DNA from: Octopus sinensis
Lineage: Eukaryota
Assembly: GCF_006345805.1 (NCBI RefSeq)
Contig: NC_043015.1
Span: 40,052,001 to 40,116,000, forward strand
DNA length: 64,000 nt
Reading direction: 5' to 3'
Within the stretch, counting starts at the first letter, position 1. Each line of letters opens with the position of its first letter. The notes under the pieces were generated by a model. That model did no database searches. It saw only the letters and a program-made list of their open reading frames with translations, and was not told the DNA's origin. A program made the translations under genes and the position numbers. Below, one piece after another: positions 53,446 through 64,000 of this stretch.

Positions 53446-54234
53446 GCTTATATTAGGGTTATAGGAAATTTCGCTGTTAACATTTCTTGCCGTGAGAAAA
53501 CTTGCCGTTGGAAATTACGCTGGAAGAAATTTGGACTTATAAGAAAATTCGCCGAGACAAATTCATCGTACGGACAATAATAAAACGTCTTATATTAGCA
53601 GTTCTTAAAATAAGAAATGAATAAAACGATAAGAGGTTTTATAAAAGCATTAAATAGGCAAGCCTTTATTCAAAATCAAACATCTTTATATATAAAAGTG
53701 AAGTTGTGTGTCTGTCTCCTACGATTTAGATTCCTAACTACTCCCACATTTTGCGGTGCAGTTTAACCAAAACCGGGTATCTTATAGTCGGGATTCATAT
53801 CGAGCCCTTCTGGGTATTAGCGCGCGTCTACGATGAGTGTACGATTAAAAAAAAAATTTGACATAATTTTTCCGCATTTTTAATGCATTTTCGCTCGGTT
53901 TATATAAGGGAAGTAACTCTCTGAAAATGTATTATTAAATCTCAGAACGTAAAAAGCTACAGTAGCACCCCGCCTTTGTGGTTAGCCATGGCTATTATAC
54001 TTTACATCTCTAAAAATGCTTATATAGTTGTTTCCCTTACAAACCCGAGCAACGCCGGGCGATACTGCTAGTTAATGATAAAAATGATAAGGTCATTTAA
54101 AACGTATAGAAACTGCAAGCAATGCTACGCGAATAATGTTCTTTTTGTTGCGGATCTATGCAACTTTTTGAACGTGAATTTTCTTACGTCAAAAATGTTT
54201 ACGGCAAAACTTCCTATAACCTATTATATAAGCC
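53446..54234. mobile_element. Degenerate MITE hosting Helitron copy 2
   Basis: GCTTATATTAGGGTTATAGGAAATTTCGCTGT... pairs with ...ACGGCAAAACTTCCTATAACCTATTATATAAGC. Confidence 0.6.
53683..54071 (+). mobile_element. Non-autonomous Helitron, copy 2
   Basis: Same termini and 5' half as 49306-49704. Confidence 0.88.
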
Positions 54235-55984
54235 CAACAACGTATAAAGGATTCGGGCTGATGTTTTGTAATTTTTTTTCTTCAGTAAAACCATGTGTAC
54301 ATCTTATTTGCCGTTAAATATTGTACATAGAATATTTATCCCCACTTAAACGTGGATGTTCTATTACAACAAATTTCACTGCAGTAGTTGCTATGAGAGA
54401 AACTCTCACATTGGCTTTTTGATGCAAAATGCACTTCTGATAGGATTCCCTATCCCCTGTTGCACCAGATCACGTCATTTCGATCTTGTTTGGTCTCGTC
54501 AACGACGGATATTCGACTGCTAGAGACAGAAGTGATTCTTCTCCCCGCCGGCAACATATATCGATTGACAGTGCCAGAACAGGCAATGGTGACGTGACTA
54601 ACCAATTAGCTTATTAAATAATATCTATTAGCGACAGAGACAGTATTAATACCGAGTTAATGTTCATCTCTACTTAAACGTGAATGTCCTGTTAGGATAA
54701 GCTTTACTACGGTGGACACCGTGAGAGAAACTCTCACTTAGGCTTTTTGGTACCAAATACACTCGTGTCTCTATCGCGCGCAGGGGAGATAAATCCCTGC
54801 AACCTCCAGTGCCGAGACCATAAAATATTTCAGTGAAGAGTTCACATATATCACACAATATACAGAACAGAGCTACTAGGTACTGTGTGTATGCTATGTA
54901 TAGGGGTTTGGCTCGGGGTCATAGGGACAGCCGTTGTGACACAATATCGAGCTATCATGGGCTGTATGCGGCCTGCGGGGCTTTCTATATGGCACGCCTA
55001 ACGAAAAAATGACTTCACTTTTTTTCTGCAGTGTGGCCCGTTTAATGATGAGCCATGTTGTCACATGCGGCCCGCTTCTCGAAAAATGGGTGTCTATGAC
55101 TGGTATAGAGACAGACGTGGGTATTCATAGCTATAACGACGGCTATGAATGCCCACGACTGTCTCTACGCCCAGCAGGGTGTAGAGAATAGCGAGAATGT
55201 AGTTTAATAAAAAGCTCATTTTAAAAGAAAAACAAAGATAGCGAGAAAGAGAGCGAGAGAGAAACTAAGAGAGAGAGAAAGAGGAAGAAGACAAACAGAC
55301 AGACAGCTAGAAAGACAGACAAGGTGTCCCTAAATGATAAACCGAAATCTGAGTCGGTTTTATAGTTTATTGTTGGTGTCTGCTGTCGTTGAAAAAAATG
55401 TCCCTGTCCACAAAAAACGTCAACAAACTTAATAAGACCGCCATTGTTCAAACCGACCAATTCTTCAGATTCCTTCAAGTCACAAACGAAGGAGTGGCGG
55501 ACCAAAATACAACAACGACACCACAACCCTCTCTCCATAACACTCTCGCTCTCTCTTTTCTTTCTTTCTTTCTTTCTTTCTCTTCCTCACTATCTCTCTT
55601 TTCTTTTCTTTCTCTCTCTCTCTCTCTGGACGTCCTCTCTCTCCTCAACAATTACTACCACCACCACCGCCACGACTACTGTTGCTGCTGCTGCTACTAC
55701 TACTACTACTACTACTACCACTACTACTACTAAATATGTTAGCTATTGTATAAACAAGGAAGGAAATGATAAGCTGACATACTTCACGCCTCTCACTCGC
55801 AGTGTCATCACGTTTCACGTCTTCTTCTTCTTCTTCTTCTTCTTCTTCTTCTTCTTCTTCTTCTTCTTCTTCTTCTTCTTCTTCTTCTTCTTCTTCTCCT
55901 TCTCCTCCTCTTTCTTATTAAAGTCACACATTGTTAAAATTATGGATTTCTTCTCTTAAAGAGAGTAGTAACAACAACTGCAAT

Positions 55985-56487
55985 AATAATAATAATAATA
56001 ATTTCTTTTATTAGCCACAAGGGCGAAAGATGAGGGACACAACACAGAGACAGACATAAAGTGTAGAGGGTTTACACATAATAATGAAATGAGTAAAAAA
56101 AAAGAAAGAAAGAAAATATACACGGTACACACTGAAAAAGAAGGGACGTGGCGGGGTGGATGATAGAGATGTGGCCCTCCTGATACAGGAACGCCTCTAG
56201 GGATAATCGAGGAACCCCACTGTCCGAGATTTCCTTGAAAACTCAGGAGCAAGTATCTTCTCCAATTCCTTCTCTCCGACTCACGGATTTACACTTAGAG
56301 AGGTACCATCCACTCTTGCCATTTTCGCAACTTTCACCCACTTTTCAATAAACTCACTCGAGGACAGCACTTCCCTCTCCACTCTCAACTTCCTCTTCGA
56401 GTGAAACTTGGAGAAATCAATGAGAGCTCTACCAAAGAGGAATGTATCTGTCCTCATGTCTTTGAGTCTTGTCCACCTGGCTCTCAT
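55985..56487 (-). mobile_element. LINE 3' fragment (Tx1/L1-like)
   Basis: ORF end ...KRKLRVEREVLSSSEFIEKW..., then AATAAA and a (TTA)n tail. Confidence 0.55.
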
Positions 56488-57009
56488 GGCTTCTGATCTT
56501 AACTGATTAGAAGTGTTATCATGTACATTGTTTTGTCTTGGTATAAAAGATGGGCTACAGCAAATATTCTGCTCAATACCACAGATTTACTTGTCAGTTG
56601 TTTGACCTTAACCAGTTGAGCATGTCCCTTAGTGGCTGACGATATGTGCATCTCTGATCACGAGAGGAAGTAGTGGGGGAGCATCATAGCCATGTGTTGA
56701 GAGGGATTCTTTGAGGTTTGAATAATTCACTCTGGAAACATGGGTGGTTCTTTCAACATCCTTAAACAACCCTTATTCAGGGACCTTTTGAGCGGGATGG
56801 GCTACTCAACTGAAGAAAATTCTAACTGGGCCCCACCTGCAAGGTCATGTGCTGTTTATCTTGATATGAGATTACCATGTCGCGCACATATGGTTGTGAT
56901 GCATGTGCCTGGTGTACCCTTATCAGACGGGTAGTCATGATGGGTATATTGGGCTTCGTATATTTTACCCCAGTGTCACTTTGATGGCATGCACTGCTCT
57001 CTCACTCAT

Positions 57010-57010
<1 letters not shown>
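56488..57010 (+). mobile_element. Interspersed repeat, probable LINE 3' UTR ending in (TAA)n
   Basis: Non-coding block with an abrupt junction to the opposite-strand LINE and a microsatellite tail. Confidence 0.45.
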
Positions 57011-57041
<31 letters not shown>

Positions 57042-57105
57042 CAACAACAACAACAACAACAACAACACAACAACAACAAGCAACAACAACAACAACAACA
57101 ACAAC

Positions 57106-57142
<37 letters not shown>

Positions 57143-57164
57143 TAATAATAATAATAGTAATAAT

Positions 57165-57540
57165 ATTCGAGAAAGAAAGCAAACGATGCTGGATCGTAGA
57201 TATAGCATGCCCAGCTAACAACAAGGTATGCGATAAGGACGAAAGAAAAGTTGATAGAAATGACAGGTTAGCTTGGGAGGTCAAGCAGCTGTGGTCGTTG
57301 AAAAAGGTGGTAGTATTACCAATAATTGTCAGAGCCCAGAGAGCAGTGAGTAAAAATCTCGAGAAGTACATGAAACAAATAGGGGCTGCAATAAGGGTGG
57401 AGTATTTGCAGAAAACAGCACTGCTTGGAACCGCTCGAATACTCCGGAAGGTGCTCGAAAAATAAGGGGTGCTACATTAGTTCACTGGTAGTGAACAGCT
57501 GACACCGCAGTACATCTCCAGCGTTAGAAGCTGTGCAAAG
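57165..57540 (+). mobile_element. R4/Dong-type LINE 3' end (restriction-like endonuclease) in a (TAA)n/(CAA)n tract
   Basis: CWIVDIACP...KVDR...LAWEVKQLW...LQKTALLGTARILRKVL, flanked by TAA/CAA microsatellite. Confidence 0.82.
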
Positions 57541-57766
57541 ACGACGACAACAACAACAACAACAACAATAATAATAATAATGGTTTCAAATTTTTGCCAC
57601 TAGAGCAGCTCGGGGGAAGAGATTAAGTTGATTACAATGACCCTAGTGCGTAACTAATACTTATTTAATCGACCTCGAAAGGATGAAAGAAAGAGCGGAA
57701 TTGGAACTCAGAACGTAGCGCTAAGCGTTTCGTCCGGCGTGCTAACGTTTCTGCCAGCTCGCTGCC

Positions 57767-57810
<44 letters not shown>

Positions 57811-57882
57811 TAATGATGATGATGATGATGATGATGACGACAACAACAACAACAACAACAATAATGATAATAATAATAATGT

Positions 57883-57931
<49 letters not shown>

Positions 57932-59256
57932 TTTTTTTTTAATTAATTTTCTCAGCATGATCGTCGTTATTCATATCTTTGGTAACTTATCTCATCAAGA
58001 TTTCATGGAAAAAACATATCCATTATTAGCACAATTATGAAGAAATACGGTCAATAAGTGGCGGAAGGGAGGGGTGGGAGGGGTGGGTGGTAACTAAACT
58101 ATAGTAACGACATGTGTGTGTGTGTGTGTGTGGTATCTGGGCACGAAACTTTGTTGTTCCACTCAAACCCAGCTCCAATTGCAGTGAAGTAAAGGCGTGG
58201 AGCGAATTGCCACGTAAAAATTGAGACAAGTGATGGTGGCGAGGGTGATAAAGATGATGAGGATGATGACGTTGACGACGACGATGATGATGATGATGAT
58301 GATGGCCATCATCATCATCATCATCATGAAGACGACGACGACGATGACGACGATGACGACAATGATGATGATGATGATAATGATGATCATGATGATGATG
58401 ATGACAATAATGAGGAGGAGAAGGAGGAGGAGGAGGAAGAGCGGCGGCGGAGGAGGAGGAAGAAGACTAGAAATGATGCAATTAAAAAACTACAATGTAC
58501 GTCAAAAACTCTGGAAGACTCCGGAGGCGGGAGTCAGATAAAGAAGATGCGGGGGGAAAAATGCGGAGAGGATGGAAGACGTACAATAGAATGTTTTTTG
58601 GCTTTTTTTAATGCATACGAATATGAATAATTAATCAGAATAATTATTAAAAATTACATACATAGGCGTAAGAGTGGCTGTGTGGTAAGTAGCTTGCCTA
58701 CGAACCACATGGTTCCGGGTTCAGTCCCACTGCGTGGTACCTTGGGCAAGTGTCTTCTACTATAGCCTCGGGCCGACCAATGTCTTGTGAGTGGATTTGG
58801 TAGACGGACACTGAAAGAAGCCCGTCGTATATATATGTGTATGTATGTGTGTGTATATGTTTGTGTATCTGCGTTTGTCCCCCCATCATCGCTTGACAAT
58901 GGATGCTGGTGTGTTTACGTCTCCGTAACTTAGCGATTCGGCAAAAGAAACCAATAGAATAAGTACTAGGCTTACAAAGAATAAGTCCTGGGGTCGATTT
59001 GCTCGACAAAAGGCTGTGCTCCAGCATGGCCGCAGTCAAAATGACTGAAACAAGTAAAAGAGTAAAGAGTATAAAAATATGAAATAAATAAAACAAAATG
59101 AATTGAAGAAAAACGATGGAAAACATTGAAGGCACCCACCCACCCCTACGTCAGTGAGAAGCCATTGGCTACGTCTTTTTAGATAGCGTACCCCTCTACT
59201 TGCCCACCAATGCTTATTCAGGGGCCTTGAGTACCCAAGGTACCCGTTTGTGTTTT

Positions 59257-59801
59257 ACGAGGGGGTTGCTGAAAAGTTCCTGGCTTTGGCTAAAACAAAC
59301 TACAAAAGGATCAGTGCAGTCTATCTAGGTGTAAGTAGGTACCCCAATGTGGTACCTACATACCCTATCTTACCAAACAAGCATGGGAGAGTGTTACCAA
59401 GGATGGCGGTGAGCTGGCAGAAACGTTAGCATGCCGGGCGAAATGCTAAGTGGTATTTCGTCTGCCGCTACGTTCTGAGTTCAAATTCCACCGAGGCCGA
59501 CTTTGCCTTTCATCCTTTCGGGGTCGATAAATTAAGGACCAGTTACGCACTGGGGTCGATATAATCGACCTGATCCCTTTGTCTGTCCTTGTTTGTCCCC
59601 TCTATGTTTAGCCCCTTGTGGGCAATAAAGAAATAGGTTATGATTTTAATTTACAAACTCCCTTTTCAGATTCACACACTTACTGCAGGGGTCCTTCAGT
59701 TTTTCTAAGCCCTGTAAAAGAACTCGGAAGGGTGGACCCCCAACCAGGCCTTTCGCGACACCCTTAAAGCCAGGAACCTTTCAGCACCCCTCCCTCTCGT
59801 A
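59257..59801. mobile_element. Mariner-type MITE with a nested SINE
   Basis: TA-flanked TIRs CGAGGGGGTTGCTGAAAAGTTCCTGGCTTT / AAAGCCAGGAACCTTTCAGCACCCC...TCG; SINE at 59403-59637 inside. Confidence 0.75.
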
Positions 59802-60341
59802 TGTATTGTCTTGAACTTAGAAAACAAACCCCATCCACACGATATTCTTGTTTCGCTAGATTTTGTCCGACAAGTTTGTTGTTATTATTCACAGCTTGTC
59901 TTTGGAATGTCTTTTACATTCCAAACTTATTTAATAAATTCTTCGCTAATATTTCAGACAACACCCGTCACACCAAGACAGCTTTTTTTTTTATTTCGTC
60001 CATCAGGCCTTGGTTAGAATTTCTTTATATCGTCGGCTTCTTCATCGTGATTATTGTCGCTCTAAGGAGGTGTGTGTGTGTGTGTGTCTGTCTGTGTATG
60101 CGTGTGTTGTGTGTGTGAGTGTGTGTGGTGTGAGTGTGTGTGTGTGGGTCTGAGTGCGTGTGTTGTGTGCATGGGTGTATGTGTGTGTGAGTGTGTGTGT
60201 GCGTGTGTTGTGTGCATGTGTGTATGTGTGTGTGTGAGTGTGTGTGTGTGACTGAGTGCGTGTGTTGTGTGCATGTATGTGTTTGTGAGTGCATGTGTCT
60301 GTCTATGTGTGCGTGTGTTGTGTGTGTGAGTGTGTGTCTGT

Positions 60342-60394
<53 letters not shown>

Positions 60395-62975
60395 TGCGTC
60401 GGTGGTTGGGTCTTCCATACCTTTTTATTGTTATGTCGCTTTCCTTTTCGGTGTATTTTTGGTTTTCCCCGACTGTTTGGCAATTTGTTTGCGTCCCCAT
60501 TGTCTACACCCCGCCCCGCCACCAGCTGGTCACAAGATGATAGATTAGTGTTTTTGCTACTGACTATGGCAAGGAGATGGGATGCCTGGCTTTCGGAGAC
60601 CAGGCATAACTTGGAGTAAGGACTTTGGGTTGGGGCTGGAGTTTAAGGCTTGAGCTAAGGTTTAAGGTAGTGGTTTAGGGTTAAAATTAAGGTTCTGTGT
60701 TTGTGTTTAGAGCCTGCCGATCAGTGGATGATCTGGGCGGTTAATCAATTAGTAACATACTTTTAGTGAGCATTTTTCTAGAAATTTTCTGGAAACGGTG
60801 AATAACAACGTCAGATTCAGCGGGGAAAATTACACCAATATACCAAATTTGAAAAAAACAATATTTTTTTGTGACGAAAATTCAAAAACGAAAGTTCAGA
60901 ATAAAGGTAGAATAGATTTAAGCGGACAATAGTTTGACTTGTTACTATGGAAACAGGCACCAATACGTCTGTAGCTTTTGATTGGCAAAAATTATTCAAA
61001 CTTTGCAAACTTTAAAAGCTATTAACATTTTATTTATTAATTTTATGGCCAAAATGACTGTCCTTTCCATAAGTAAAATACAAAACGACATCAATGCAGC
61101 ATACTTGAAAGGAATTGGCACAAAATTAAAGGAACTGGGAAGTGAAGGCCAAACCGAAAAGATCCGGTTTGGATCGGTAGTAGTAGTAGTAGTAGTAGTG
61201 GTCGTGGTGGTAGTGGTGGTAGAAGTAGTAATCGTGGTGGTTGTAGTGGTGGCCGTGGTAGTAGTAGTAATAGCAGTGGTCATGGTGGTTGTAGTGGTGG
61301 TGGTGGTGGTGGTGGTGGTTGTCATCGTCGTCGTTGTCGTCGTCGCTGTAGTAGTAGTAGTAGTAGTAGTGATGGTGGTGATGGTGGTGGTGGTGGTGGT
61401 GGTAGAGGTGGTTGTGGTAGTAGTAGTAGTAGTAGTAGTATTGGTTACATAATAGCATCAAAGAAATAGAGTAATGGCCCAATCATCGATTATTTCTTCA
61501 CTCTCCCCCACAACAATTAATTCGTCCTCCTGGGTATTCAACCTCGCCCGAAGACCGTCCACTTGTCTCTCAAGACCAGACATCGATCTAACGCCGTCCA
61601 CTCTTCTTCATTGTTTTGTATAAATGAAGTGTTGTTGGTCACCCCTGGGAATTGAAACCGTATCGTCACTTTAGCATGTCGTCGTTTGATCTTTTGTTCT
61701 ACGATGGACAGAAAAGATAAACTTCTTGTCTTTTTAACAAAAAAAAAACTGCTTTGAAACTTAGTTTTAATATTTGAATATTAAAACTAAACTTTGAAAA
61801 CATTTTTTAAAACTAGATTTTAAAATTGGATTTCTTCTTTTATTGGTTTCAAGCTGAAACTCTGGCCAAGCTGGGGCACCGCCATTTTTTAAAAGTTGAT
61901 TCTAAAACTCTCACATTTTTGTGAACACCCGCAGCAAAGCAACAGGCTTTAGTTTTATGCAAAACTACCCCACAGCAACAAGTAATGGAGGCGTAATGGC
62001 TCAGTGGTTAGGGTAGCGGATTTGCAGTCGTAACACCGCGGTTTCGATTCCCAGACCGGGCATTGTGAGTGTTTATTGAGCAAAAACACCTAAGCTCTTC
62101 GAGGCTCCAGCAGGGAGGGGTGGTGAACCCCGATGTAATCTTTCACCACAACTTTCTCTCACTCTTTCTTCCTACTTCTGCCACAAAGCAGAGGAACCAT
62201 GGTGTACTCCACTATTGTGTGGTAAACTTTCAGACCCTAGTCTAGATTGCGAATCCTCTGTACCCCAGGATGGTTCAGCTCTCCACCCGTTAAAAGCCAC
62301 CGTTTACGGAATGAGGATAACAACGTAGCTTTGGCGCCCGTGCAATCGCCAGTCTATCGCGGGTGGTGGGTAGATCTTCAAGCTGCCACACGCATTCTTA
62401 GTATTAGAGATTATTATTCTTTGTGGCTAATGGCGTGAGTCCTGATTGGAAGAAGAAGAAGAAGAAGAAGAAGAAGAAGAAGAAGAAGAAGACAGCAACA
62501 AGTTTGGCGAAGAATTTGTCTACTACTTCTCTTAATTCAACGGCAGGCCTCGAGAAAGTTTATGAATCTTTGATTCAGTAAGATTGTTGGGTGGGGTGCT
62601 TAATGCATGCCCTAAAAGAAAGAAAGAAAAAAAGAAACGATTTAAAAGAGGTTCTCGCTGAAGTGTAAGTAACGGGGTGTGGGGACTTAACCGTATTCAT
62701 GATGTGCACAAACCATTGCAAGTTTCCCACATTTCTGTGTATTTTGGTTCGGAAACTGACCAAGTCTCTTCAATGTTCTTATTTTTTATTCTTCTATAAA
62801 ACATGTCAATTAACCGGAAGAGTGTTATTCGTATATTCAGGGTTTATTTCCGCCACTTCAGATAATGAAACACTGCACTGATATTAGATAACGGTTATGT
62901 TAAATTTTTTTCTTTAATTATGAAGAAATAAAAATACATCCGCGCAATCCACGGCTCGGCAAAGTGTTACGTTTA

Positions 62976-63438
62976 AAGTAAATGTGGTACGTGCAATGAA
63001 GTGAAAGAGGTACCTTAAAGAAGTGAACCTGGTACGTTGAAAGTAAATGTGGTACGTGCAATGAGGTGAAAGTGGTACTTTAAAGAAGTGAACGTGGTAC
63101 GTTGAAAGTAAACGTGGTACGTGCAATGAAGTGAAAGTGGTACCTTAAAGAAGTGAACCTGGTACGTTGAAAGTAAATGTGGTACGTGCAATGAAGTGAA
63201 AGTGGTACCTTAAAGAAGTGAACCTGGTACGTTGAAAGTAAATGTGGTACGTACAATGAAGTGAAAGTGGTACCTTAAAGAAGTGAACCTGGTACGTTGT
63301 AAGTAAATGTGGTACGTGCAATGAAGTGAAAGTGGTACCTTAAAGAAGTGAACCTGGTACGTTGAAAATAAACGTGGTACGTGCAATGAAGTGAAAGTGG
63401 TACATTAAAGAAGTGAACCTGGTACGTTGAAAGTAAAA
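62976..63438. repeat. 65-bp minisatellite, 7 units
   Basis: Unit starts recur at 62978, 63043, 63108, 63173, 63238, 63303, 63368, 63433. Confidence 0.95.
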
Positions 63439-64000
63439 CTGTTACCTTCATTAAGAGAGCTTGGAACTTTGGAAGTGCCACGTTAAAACCTATTATTGCC
63501 CCTGTCCAGAGTGAATAGCCATGAAGCGCCAACGGGTCCTTAATATGGTCGAAGCTCTTCACAAAGGTTTTCATGCATTTTTGTCACGACTTACAGGAAT
63601 GGATAACAAGTTTTCCACCCTCGTTCCCCGACCAAAATAGTGATAGATTACAAAAATTATGGCTAAATTAGGGGCCAGGAAGTGGATTATAAGAAATTAG
63701 ACATATTTATTAAAAACCAGAGTAGGGCTAACTCTAAAATAATTAAATTGTCAACATTGATGTAATGTCCTACAGGATCGAGAGTGCCATGATGTTGAGT
63801 GTTCGAATCATTATATTTCCACCAACACCACCACCATACCCATCAGCACCTATTTCTTTATTACCCACAAGGGGATAAACACAGAGGGGACAAACAAGGA
63901 CAGACAGACGGATTAAGTCGATTATATCGACCCTAGTGCATAACTGGTACTTAATTTATCAACCTCCGAAAGGATGAAAGGCAAAGTCAACCTCGGCGGA

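Noticed and set aside
61457-61620. Short minus-strand ORF MSGLERQVDGLRARLNTQEDE...
   Set aside because: It has no splice partners, and another frame resembles a decayed RTE LINE 3' end.
62976-63438. CRISPR-like periodicity
   Set aside because: There are no unique spacers; whole units repeat, the context is eukaryotic and no cas genes are present.

Overview
Eukaryotic, AT-rich, microsatellite- and SINE-dense DNA. The repeat families look like those of an octopus/coleoid cephalopod (inference). Two spliced genes converge. The 3' end of a filamin/jitterbug-like gene lies on + (exons 3762-7291, plus a candidate basic cassette exon at 1559-1723). A complete mitochondrial alanyl-tRNA synthetase (AARS2-like) lies on - (22 hand-assembled coding exons, 36768->11566, 991 aa, all GT-AG and phase-consistent). 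From about 39.4 kb to the end I see no host coding exons, only SINEs, LINE 3' ends, Helitrons, mariner relics, MITEs and simple repeats. Most notable: (1) several unrelated short elements, mostly in (TA)n tracts, carry minimal type-I hammerhead-ribozyme folds with short, mostly palindromic stem III (one canonical core, one G3-C8 swapped core, others with single core variants), consistent with Penelope-like element relics; (2) an out-of-order duplicate of AARS2 coding exon 9 that a 16-nt deletion made frame-neutral and whose donor was hit by an RTE LINE; (3) two pre-miRNA-like hairpins with strand-biased G.U pairs. All structures were read by eye; no searches or folding programs were run.
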